Shown piece by piece: positions 1-7,671 of a stretch of 64,000 bases of DNA (the first letter of the stretch is position 1; every line of letters begins with the position of its first letter). The notes beneath the pieces were generated by a model. It had not been told where the DNA came from. It saw nothing but the letters and a program-made list of their open reading frames with translations, and made no database searches. Where the stretch lies: assembly GCA_041082215.1 (NCBI GenBank), contig JBDOIF010000093.1, positions 5,504-69,503 of the forward strand, given 5' to 3'. This stretch comes from Anaerolineae bacterium (lineage in GTDB: Bacteria > Chloroflexota > Anaerolineae > B4-G1 > DUEL01). A program made the position numbers and the translations under genes.

Positions 1-485
1 GGGTAGACCTCCCCCAGCCCCAGGGCGTAGAACTCCACCGACGCCTCACGCATGCGGGGGCTTTCCGCCTTGTTGGCTGCGACAAAGACCGGCTTCTGGG
101 AGCGACGGAGGATATCCGCCACCTCCATATCGGCGGGGGTCAGCCCCGCTGTGGCATCGGTGAGGAAGATGACCGCATCCGCCTCGCCGATGGCCAGCTC
201 CGCCTGGGCGCGGATGAGGGGGATAAAGGCCGCGGAGTCCTCCGTCAGCGGCTGCTCCGGCCCCGGACGGATGCCCGCCGCCACTTTCTCCGGCAACACC
301 TCGATGCCGCCGGTGTCCACCACGGTAAAAAGGACTTCGTTCCATTCGCAGGGAGCCTGCAACCGGTCGCGGGTCGTCCCCGGCCGCTCGTCCACCACCG
401 CGATCCGCTGGCCCACCAGCCGGTTGAAGAGCGTGGACTTCCCCACATTGGGACGCCCCACCAGCGCGACGATCGGCCGTTTCAT
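1..485 (-). CDS. der: GTPase Der/EngA, N-terminal part (gene continues beyond window start)
   Basis: Minus-strand translation begins MKRPIVALVGRPNVGKSTLFNRLVGQRIAVVDERPGTTRDR (P-loop G1 of Der). The ATG at 485 overlaps the stop of the upstream gene. Confidence 0.85.
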   Translation of the reverse strand, partial: MKRPIVALVGRPNVGKSTLFNRLVGQRIAVVDERPGTTRDRLQAPCEWNEVLFTVVDTGGIEVLPEKVAAGIRPGPEQPLTEDSAAFIPLIRAQAELAIGEADAVIFLTDATAGLTPADMEVADILRRSQKPVFVAANKAESPRMREASVEFYALGLGEVY

Positions 486-1732
486 GGAGACCTCCTGGGA
501 GTTGGCGTCGGTTCCACCCGGACCTCTACCTGAATGGTGGAGGGGAGAACCGACTGGGCCGTCACCCCTGCCGGCACCGCCACCACCTTCGGCTCGACGG
601 AGTGGCTGCCGGGGTTCAGGCCAAACAGGTCAACGATCACCCGCACGTCCTCATCCTTGAGCTGGTCCAGCACCGGCAGCGGCCCGCTGAGGATGACCTG
701 TACGGTCATCGGCGCGACGGTGGCGGTTATGCCCGGCTGGGCGAGCCCCTGAACCTCCACTGGCCGTTCTACCGTCAGGCTCCCCACCAGCGGCTCGACG
801 AAAACCCGCACAGCGACGACCGGTTCCTCCATCAACAGGGAAACCCCTTCCGGGACCAGGATGGGTAGCCGCATCTCCACATCCCCCTGCGCCCCCTCCA
901 GATTCAGCGGCTTTGTCTCCAGATAGCCCGGAATCTGGGCGATGAGGTCCGGCGGACCGTATGCCGTCACCACCGGCGGGTTCACGGTGATCCCGGAAAT
1001 GCGGTAGCCGGGGGCCACCTGCCCTTCCAGGAGCGCGGTGACGGCCAGGTCGCGGAAGCCGCTGAGCTGCTCGACCGGCACATAGACCGTAGCCTGGCCG
1101 GGGATGAGGGAGACGTAGGGAACAGGCTGTCCCTCCTCATCGAAGGGTTGGAGGACGAACTCCTCCTGGATGTCGGCCCGTGCCCCGTCCACGGAGACAA
1201 CGGCCACCGCCTCGACCACCCGGGTGACCAGCGAGGCCGGCCCGCTGACAACGACGATGGAGGGGATGACTTCGGGCTGTCGGGCTATATACCCCAGCGC
1301 GACGTCCCCCTCCAGACGCACACGGACCGGCACGGAAATGACCTCCGCCAGTTCCAGGTGGATCAGAATCGTCTCCGGGTCCACCTCCCGCACCATCACC
1401 GGGCGTCGGTCCACTTCCACCTGGACGGGAACCTGATGGGAACCCGGTCCGAGATGGCTGATGTCAGCGACGGCGTGGATCTGCTCAGGCTGGAGGTCCT
1501 GCCAGACCGACTCGGGGGCGCGGAGGGTGACCTGAACCTGGGCGTTCGTCTGCCCGTAGGCGACCATCCCCTCCGGCGGAGCCGAAAGGCGGACGGGGAC
1601 AGGGGAGGAGTATCGCCGCTCGATGGTGGGGTTTCCCTGTTCCACAGCCGCCAGCCAGACCAGCAAGGCCAGGATCAGAGAGAGGAGGAGCAATCCCAGA
1701 TTGCCGATCAGCCACCGGAATGCGCGCCTCAT
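482..1732 (-). CDS. cdaR: YbbR-like domain protein (CdaR-type regulator of diadenylate cyclase)
   Basis: An N-terminal TM helix is followed by repeated beta-rich modules. It sits directly downstream of cdaA with a 4-nt start/stop overlap. Confidence 0.65.
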   Translation of the reverse strand: MRRAFRWLIGNLGLLLLSLILALLVWLAAVEQGNPTIERRYSSPVPVRLSAPPEGMVAYGQTNAQVQVTLRAPESVWQDLQPEQIHAVADISHLGPGSHQVPVQVEVDRRPVMVREVDPETILIHLELAEVISVPVRVRLEGDVALGYIARQPEVIPSIVVVSGPASLVTRVVEAVAVVSVDGARADIQEEFVLQPFDEEGQPVPYVSLIPGQATVYVPVEQLSGFRDLAVTALLEGQVAPGYRISGITVNPPVVTAYGPPDLIAQIPGYLETKPLNLEGAQGDVEMRLPILVPEGVSLLMEEPVVAVRVFVEPLVGSLTVERPVEVQGLAQPGITATVAPMTVQVILSGPLPVLDQLKDEDVRVIVDLFGLNPGSHSVEPKVVAVPAGVTAQSVLPSTIQVEVRVEPTPTPRRSP

Positions 1733-2565
1733 CTCATCCCTCCGAAGCGGGCCAGCCAGCGTTGCAACCAGGAGGGCCAGAAGGACTCCAGCACAGGCTG
1801 ATGAAAGGCCAGAAGCACCCGTTCCAGCCGTTCAGGGTTCAGGTCGCGGATGATGCGGCCGTTGTGGGTGACCGATATAGCCCCCCGCTCCTCAGAGACG
1901 ACGACGCCGATGGCATCGGTCTCCTCGGTGATGCCCAGCGCAGCCCGGTGACGCAGCCCCAGCCGTCGGTCATCGAGGAACGCGGTGGAAAGGGGGAGGA
2001 CGCAGGCAGCGGCCAGGATCCGCCCGTTACGCAGGATAACCGCCCCGTCGTGGAGGGCCGTATGGGGGTCGAAGATGGTAACGAGGAGTTCCTGGGAGGT
2101 CTCCGCATCCAGCCTCACCCCTGTCTCGGCGTATTCCTGGAGGCCGGTCTCCCGTTCCAGGACGATGAGCGCCCCGATGCGGCGCTGGGAGAGGAGCCGG
2201 CAGGCCTCCACAACGGTGGATAGGGTCTGCTCCAGGGAGGCACGCTGTCCGGTGGGCCGGCTGAGGAGGGAGCCAGCCCGACCCAGCCGCTCCAGCGCCC
2301 GGCGCAGCTCCGGCTGGAAGATGACCGGTATCGCCACCAGGAAAGCAGGGAGGGCGCGCTCCACCAGCCAGCCGAACGCCCGGAGCTGGAACGCGCTCTC
2401 CAGGATGGCCAGAAAGATAATCAGCAGGATGATCCCCCGCAGCAGAGGGACTGCCCGGGTTCCCCGCACCAGGTAGAGGATAGCGAAGAAGATCGAAGCG
2501 ACCAGCAGGATGTCCAGCAGGTCGGTCCAGGTGATGCGCTCGACGAGCCACAACAGGTCAACCAC
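1729..2565 (-). CDS. cdaA: diadenylate cyclase CdaA (DisA_N/DAC domain, 3 N-terminal TM helices)
   Basis: DAC motifs are visible (TRHRAALGITEETDAIGVVVSEERGAISV). The ORF-track N-terminus (to 2853) runs into a repeat element and is not coding. A GTG at 2565 is preceded by GGGAGG. Confidence 0.8.
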   Translation of the reverse strand: MVDLLWLVERITWTDLLDILLVASIFFAILYLVRGTRAVPLLRGIILLIIFLAILESAFQLRAFGWLVERALPAFLVAIPVIFQPELRRALERLGRAGSLLSRPTGQRASLEQTLSTVVEACRLLSQRRIGALIVLERETGLQEYAETGVRLDAETSQELLVTIFDPHTALHDGAVILRNGRILAAACVLPLSTAFLDDRRLGLRHRAALGITEETDAIGVVVSEERGAISVTHNGRIIRDLNPERLERVLLAFHQPVLESFWPSWLQRWLARFGGMR

Positions 2566-2618
2566 CTTCAGCCTCCCTGGAATAAGTATACCATAGAGTG
2601 GGACAACTCGCACAGGTT

Positions 2619-2810
2619 GGGCGTATTTCAATTTCGGGGCGAGTGGTCCTCTCGCTCGCCGGTGGATCGCGAATCCCACGAATGGCCCGAATACAGCGAA
2701 CAGGAGGGATACCTGCTCCATTCGCGGTATTCGTTTCCACTTGCGCCATTCGTGTTTCCCCAGGTCCGGCCCGGGCCAGGGACATCTTGCCCCCAAACTG
2801 AAATACACCT
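2619..2810. mobile_element. MITE-like element copy A (about 190 bp, imperfect 21-bp TIRs GGGCGTATTTCAATTTCGGGGC / GCCCCCAAACTGAAATACACC, flanked by CACAGGTT duplication)
   Basis: It is about 85% identical to 31433..31624 and shares TIRs with 22760..22929. Eight of nine bases of the flanks are duplicated (gCACAGGTT / tCACAGGTT). Confidence 0.6.
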
Positions 2811-2900
2811 CACAGGTTATCCTACTTGCCCTTTCTACCTTTTTGTAGTACACTTAATATATAGAAACCAGAACCCGCCAAGGAGGTCAACGCAGTATCC

Positions 2901-3932
2901 ATGGCAGCCCAGGAAGGACGTAAGAAGGCATTAGAGGCGGCGCTGGCGGCGCTGACGAAACGGTTTGGGGAAGGGGCGGTGATGCGGTTGGGAGAGGCCA
3001 CCCACCTTACGGTGGAGGCCATCCCCACCGGCTCCCTCTCCCTGGATATCGCTCTCGGCGTCGGTGGCATCCCCCGGGGCCGCGTCACGGAGATTTACGG
3101 CCCCGATGGGGCGGGCAAGACCACCCTTGCCCAGCATATCGTCGCTGAGGCCCAGAAGCGGGGGGGCGTTGCCGCCTATATAGATATGGAGCACGCCCTC
3201 GACCCGACCTATGCCGCCGCCTGCGGCGTAGATGTCGAAAACCTCTACATCGCCCAGCCCGACACCGGGGAACAGGCCCTTGAGATCGCCGAAACCCTCG
3301 TCCGCAGCGGAGCCGTTGACGTCGTCGTCATTGACTCTGTCGCTGCCCTCGTTCCCCGCGCGGAGATCGAGGGGGAGATGGGGGATTCCCACCCCGGCCT
3401 CCAGGCCCGCCTGATGAGCCAGGCGCTCCGTAAACTCTCCGGAGCCATCAAGCAATCCAACACGGCTATGATCTTCACCAACCAGCTCAGGGAAAAGATC
3501 GGGGTGATCTTCGGCAGCCCGGAGACCACCACCGGAGGCCGGGCGCTCAAATTCTACGCCTCCGTCCGCCTCGACGTCCGCCGGGTGACTACCATCAAGG
3601 AGAAGGGCGAGGTGATCGGCAGCCGCACCCGCGTGCGGGTGACGAAGAACAAAGTCGCCCCCCCCTTCCGGGTGGCGGAGTTCGACATCATCTACGGCCA
3701 GGGCATCAGCCGGGAAGGGGACGTCCTCGACCTGGCAGTGGAGTACGGCCTGATCGAAAAACGGGGATCTTATTTCAGCTACAGGGGAGAAAACATAGCC
3801 CAGGGACGGGAGAACGCTAAGGTTTACCTCCGCGACCACCCGGAGGTGATGGCCGACATCGAGGCCCTTATCCGCGAAAAGGCCTTCGAGGTCCCTCCCC
3901 CCCTCCCCACCGAAGATGTCGAACCGGCCTGA
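2901..3932 (+). CDS. recA: recombinase RecA
   Basis: Walker [14 protein letters not shown], the L1/L2 regions and a full-length match to the RecA architecture. An RBS GGAGG lies upstream. Confidence 0.97.
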   Translation: MAAQEGRKKALEAALAALTKRFGEGAVMRLGEATHLTVEAIPTGSLSLDIALGVGGIPRGRVTEIYGPDGAGKTTLAQHIVAEAQKRGGVAAYIDMEHALDPTYAAACGVDVENLYIAQPDTGEQALEIAETLVRSGAVDVVVIDSVAALVPRAEIEGEMGDSHPGLQARLMSQALRKLSGAIKQSNTAMIFTNQLREKIGVIFGSPETTTGGRALKFYASVRLDVRRVTTIKEKGEVIGSRTRVRVTKNKVAPPFRVAEFDIIYGQGISREGDVLDLAVEYGLIEKRGSYFSYRGENIAQGRENAKVYLRDHPEVMADIEALIREKAFEVPPPLPTEDVEPA

Positions 3933-4165
3933 TCCGTCTTTCCGGCCTTCGCGACGCGGGTTCAGGGACGGCCAATCAACTGCCACGACGTTCGTCACAC
4001 CGGTTCGCCACCTGCTGGTCAGTGTAGCGAACAGACGCCCTGAAACAGGGCGGGGCCTTTGAGCCGGCTTAGCCGGATGGTTTGTCCAGAAAGCCTGGCC
4101 GACCTGTGCCGGGAAGCAAAGGGGCCAGTGCCGTTCCCGACCGGGGGCGAGATGTGACTGTACGC

Positions 4166-4196
4166 CGTGGCGGTTCAGCCACGGCGTCTCTTTTTG
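4166..4196 (+). terminator. intrinsic terminator/attenuator between recA and recX
   Basis: GCCGTGGC-ggttca-GCCACGGC hairpin followed by gtctcTTTTTgt. Confidence 0.55.
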
Positions 4197-4214
4197 TACA
4201 ACGTGGAGTTGCAG

Positions 4215-4865
4215 ATGGGTGGGCGGATCACGGCCCTGAAGGTGCAAAAAAGGAACCGACAACGGGTCAACGTCTACCTGGACGGCCGCTTCGCCTTCGG
4301 ATTGGCAGCGATCGAGGCCGCACGACTCAAGGTCGGCCAGCTCCTCTCCGATGAGGAGATCGTCCGCCTGCAGGAGCGAGATGCAGTGGAACGGGCCGCC
4401 GAACGGGCGCTCGGCCTGCTCTCCTACCGTCCTCGTAGCCGTTCGGAAGTGCGTCGCCGGCTATCGGAAAAAGGGTACGAACAGAACACTACCCAGGAAG
4501 CGCTGATCCGGCTGGAACGGGTCGGCCTGCTGGATGACCGGGCGTTTGCCCGCTACTGGGTGGAAAACCGACTCCAGTTCAACCCCCGGGGCGCGGCCGT
4601 CCTGCGGCAGGAGCTTCGACAAAAAGGGGTGGATGACCAGGTCATCGAGGAGGTCCTGGCAGAATACGATGAGGAGGAAGCTGCAGCCCGCGCCGCCGAA
4701 ACGGCGGTCCGCCAGCTCCGCCGTCTCGACCCCCCCACCTTCCGCCGCAGGCTCAGCGACTACCTCCGTCGCCGGGGATTTCCCTACGGCGTGATCGAGT
4801 CCCTGGTCGAACAGGCGCTGACCACCCACGACCCCGGGGAGCCTTGGGAGGAAAATGGAAAATGA
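4215..4865 (+). CDS. recX: recombination regulator RecX
   Basis: MGGRITALKVQKRNRQRVNVYLDGRFAFGL... is a typical RecX N-terminus followed by three-helix repeats. The ORF-track start at 4167 lies inside the terminator hairpin, so the ATG at 4215 is preferred. Confidence 0.8.
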   Translation: MGGRITALKVQKRNRQRVNVYLDGRFAFGLAAIEAARLKVGQLLSDEEIVRLQERDAVERAAERALGLLSYRPRSRSEVRRRLSEKGYEQNTTQEALIRLERVGLLDDRAFARYWVENRLQFNPRGAAVLRQELRQKGVDDQVIEEVLAEYDEEEAAARAAETAVRQLRRLDPPTFRRRLSDYLRRRGFPYGVIESLVEQALTTHDPGEPWEENGK

Positions 4866-6394
4866 TGCCGATCTGGACAGTCATTTTAGGGGCAATTTTA
4901 GCCCTGGCCGCGGGTCTGGCCCTGGGATATTTCTTATTCCACTTCAGCGCACAGAGCCACATCCAGAAGGCCCAGGCGGAAGCCCAGCGTATTCTGGAGG
5001 AGGCGGAGAACGAGGCAAAGAACACCGTCCTGGCGGCAAAGGACGAGGCCCTGCAGCTCCGCAACGAGGCTCAGGCTGAGGTCACGCGCTGGAGGGAGAA
5101 CCTGCGGCGCGAAGAAGAGCAGCTCCAGCGACGGCGGGAGAGGCTCGACCAGCGACAGGAGACGCTGGACAAGCGGGAACAGGCTCTGAACAAGCGACAG
5201 AGCGCCCTCGACCGACAGCGGAACTGGGTGGAGCAACTTCAGGAGGAGCGGGTGAAGGCCCTGGAGCAGGTCGCCCAGATGACCCGCGAGGAGGCCCGAC
5301 AGGAGCTGCTGGCTGCGGTGGAGGACAGCGCCCGGCAGGATATGGCCCGGATCATCCGCGAGATCGAGCAGGAGGCAAAGGAAGAGGGGGAACGACGGGC
5401 ACGGGCGATCCTCACCACTGTGATCCAGCGCATCGCCAGCGAGCAGGTAGCAGAATTAACCGTCTCGTCGGTTGATCTGCCCTCCGATGAGATGAAGGGG
5501 CGCATCATCGGACGGGGCGGACGGAACATCCGCACCTTCGAACAGATAGCAGGAGTAGATGTGGTGGTGGACGATACCCCCGAGGCGATCACCATCTCCT
5601 GCTTCGATCCTGTGCGGCGCGAGGTCGCCCGACGGGCGATGGAACGGCTGATCACCGACGGCCGCATCCACCCCGGCCGCATCGAAAAGGTGGTGGCGGA
5701 TACCCGCAAAGAAGTGGAACAGATGATCCGGGAGGAGGGCGAACGGGCGATCTACGAGGCCGGCGTGCCCAGCCTTCATCCCGAACTGGTCAAACTGCTG
5801 GGCCGGCTCCGCTTCCGCACCAGCTACGGACAGAACCAGCATGCCCACGCTGTAGAGACGGCCAAGCTGGCCGCTCTGATCGCCGCCGAGCTGGGAGCTA
5901 ACGTCGAGGTGGCCCGGCTGGGCGGCCTCCTCCACGACATCGGCAAGGCGGTGGACTTCGAGGTGGAGGGCACCCATTCCCTTATAGGGGCCGACCTCTG
6001 CCGACGGTACGGCGTGCCGGAGGAGGTGGTCCATTGCGTGGAAGCTCACCACCACGAGCTGGAGCCGCAGACCATCGAGGCCATTATCGTGGAGGCAGCG
6101 GATGCCATCTCCGGCGCCCGGCCCGGCGCCCGGCGGGAAAGCCTGGAACACTATATCAAGCGGATCCGGGCACTGGAGGAGCTGGCCGCTTCCTTCCCAG
6201 GCGTCTCCGAATCCTATGCCATCCAGGCCGGACGAGAGATCCGCATCATTGTCAAGCCGGAAGAGATGGACGACCTGGGAGCGATCCAGCTATCCCGCGA
6301 CATCGCCCGCAAGATCGAGGAGGGGATGGAGTACCCGGGGCAGATCAAGGTGACGGTGATCCGCGAGACCCGCGCGGTGGATTACGCCAAATAA
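4862..6394 (+). CDS. rny: ribonuclease Y
   Basis: N-terminal TM helix, long coiled-coil, KH domain (GRIIGRGGRNIR) and HD domain (LLHDIGKAVD, HH motif). GGGAGG lies 10 nt upstream of the ATG at 4862, and ATGATG overlaps the recX stop. Confidence 0.92.
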   Translation: MMPIWTVILGAILALAAGLALGYFLFHFSAQSHIQKAQAEAQRILEEAENEAKNTVLAAKDEALQLRNEAQAEVTRWRENLRREEEQLQRRRERLDQRQETLDKREQALNKRQSALDRQRNWVEQLQEERVKALEQVAQMTREEARQELLAAVEDSARQDMARIIREIEQEAKEEGERRARAILTTVIQRIASEQVAELTVSSVDLPSDEMKGRIIGRGGRNIRTFEQIAGVDVVVDDTPEAITISCFDPVRREVARRAMERLITDGRIHPGRIEKVVADTRKEVEQMIREEGERAIYEAGVPSLHPELVKLLGRLRFRTSYGQNQHAHAVETAKLAALIAAELGANVEVARLGGLLHDIGKAVDFEVEGTHSLIGADLCRRYGVPEEVVHCVEAHHHELEPQTIEAIIVEAADAISGARPGARRESLEHYIKRIRALEELAASFPGVSESYAIQAGREIRIIVKPEEMDDLGAIQLSRDIARKIEEGMEYPGQIKVTVIRETRAVDYAK

Positions 6395-6665
6395 CGTAAC
6401 TGCCTACCCCGTGGGTTAATCGCTCCGCCTGGCCCTCACCCCACCCCCGCCCGCCTACAGCGGGCACCTCCGGGGAGGAGGTAGGGAGAGGAGTGAGGGC
6501 CCAAACTATCACCAGGTAGGTAGTTACCAAATAACGGCAATTACCCGCCCGCGTAACACAGGCCGCCAGGCCTGTGTCTCGCAGGCTGACTGGGGGGCCG
6601 ACGCAGGGGCCGACACAGGGGCCGACGCAGGGGCCGACACAGGGGCCGACGCAGTCGGCCCCTAC
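6395..6665. repeat. hairpin-rich GC-rich intergenic block between convergent genes
   Basis: An imperfect long inverted repeat GGCCCTCACCCC...GAGTGAGGGCC spans 6431-6500, and a 9-bp stem ACACAGGCC/GGCCTGTGT lies at 6556-6578. A tandem array follows. Confidence 0.6.
6594..6662. repeat. 12-bp tandem repeat (GGGGCCGACRCA x5) capped by an inverted copy forming a 9-bp hairpin
   Basis: ggggccgacgca ggggccgacaca ggggccgacgca ggggccgacaca ggggccgacgca gtcggcccc. Confidence 0.8.
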
Positions 6666-7012
6666 ACGTTTTTCCAATGTTCTACCAGCCGCCGGATGCG
6701 GATGCGCTGGGCACGGAGCCAGCGGCGGGGACCCAGGATCGCCCGCCCGAACTCCGGTGGGCGGTCCGGCAATCGCCTCAACTTTCCCTCCGCAACCAGC
6801 CGCTCCCAGAAAGTGAAAAACCGCGCCTCCAGCTCCTGATCGCTGAACTCCTCCCCGCGCTCGTACACCTCTCTGGCCAACTGCTCGATGTAAGCGGCCG
6901 TCTCTTCGATCAACGTCTCCACCGGCTCAAAAACCACCCCCCACCCGTAGACGGGGTCCAGAGGCATCGAGCCGAACTCCATTGGGGAAGGAGGGCGAAG
7001 CTTCTCTTCCAC
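6662..7012 (-). CDS. hypothetical protein (116 aa)
   Basis: Intact ORF in a coding-dense context with no recognisable family. The start may be the internal MEFGSM. Confidence 0.45.
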   Translation of the reverse strand: MEEKLRPPSPMEFGSMPLDPVYGWGVVFEPVETLIEETAAYIEQLAREVYERGEEFSDQELEARFFTFWERLVAEGKLRRLPDRPPEFGRAILGPRRWLRAQRIRIRRLVEHWKNV

Positions 7013-7035
7013 AGGGCCTCCTCTCTAAGCGCTGC

Positions 7036-7644
7036 TCACCTTTCCTGAACCCATCGCCGCAACAGGGGGAGAGCTGCCTGAACCGCCCGCGCGCGGTGGC
7101 TGATCCGATTCTTCATCTCGGCGGACAGCTCGGCCATCGTACAGCCCATCTCCGGCAGGTAGAAGACGGGGTCGTAGCCGAACCCTCCCTCCCCCGCCGG
7201 CGCGGTGGCGATAACCCCCTCGCAGACCCCCTCGGTGGTGTGGAACTCTCCCTCGGGGGTCACAATGGCCAGCACACACCGGAAGCGGGCGGTGCGCTGT
7301 TCCCAGGGGACCCCGTCGAGATGCTTCAGGAGGGTGGCGAACCGCTCGGCGTCGGTGCCGAAGGTGTAGCGAGCAGAGCGGATGCCGGGAGCCCCGTCCA
7401 GCGCATCCACCTCCAGGCCGGAATCGTCGGCCAGCACGACGGCCTGCACCCCCCGTTCCCGGAGCGCCTGAGCGTAAGCCAGGGCCTTGATGCGGGCATT
7501 CTCGGCGTAGCTCGCCCCGTCCTCGGCCACCTCCACCTGTAGCCCCAGGTCCGGTGGAAAGAGGGGTCGGGCCGGGAGGGATGCCAGCAGCGCCCGATAC
7601 TCCCGTATCTTACCCGCATTCCGTGTGGCTACGAAAAGCTCCAC
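7036..7644 (-). CDS. rdgB: dITP/XTP pyrophosphatase (Ham1/RdgB family)
   Basis: The sequence runs from MELFVATRNAGKIREY to FGYDPVFY, with the conserved Ham1 motifs. Confidence 0.9.
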   Translation of the reverse strand: MELFVATRNAGKIREYRALLASLPARPLFPPDLGLQVEVAEDGASYAENARIKALAYAQALRERGVQAVVLADDSGLEVDALDGAPGIRSARYTFGTDAERFATLLKHLDGVPWEQRTARFRCVLAIVTPEGEFHTTEGVCEGVIATAPAGEGGFGYDPVFYLPEMGCTMAELSAEMKNRISHRARAVQAALPLLRRWVQER

Positions 7645-7671
7645 CTCCCGCCGCCTCCTGTCCCTCGCTCC

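Noticed and set aside
2566-2853. N-terminal 96 aa of the ORF-track cdaA entry (and 31406..31504 of the GT4 entry, plus small ORFs 2628..2813 and 31251..31535) sharing peptide similarity (LLFAVFGPFVGFAIH..., GHSWDSRS...GREDHSPRN)
   Set aside because: The similarity is at the DNA level because both regions are copies of the same MITE. It is not a conserved protein domain.
2854-2900. Search for a LexA/SOS box upstream of recA
   Set aside because: No convincing palindrome (GAAC-N4-GTTC or CGAACRNRYGTTYG type) was seen in the 50 bp between the MITE and recA, so no SOS box is claimed.
4167-4214. Upstream extension of recX (start at 4167)
   Set aside because: It would begin inside the recA terminator hairpin. 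The conserved RecX N-terminus begins at the 4215 ATG.
6574-6816. ORFs encoding GPTQGPTQGPTQ... / CVGPCVGPCVGP... repeats
   Set aside because: They are translations of the 12-bp intergenic tandem repeat. There is no RBS, and they lie between convergent terminators.
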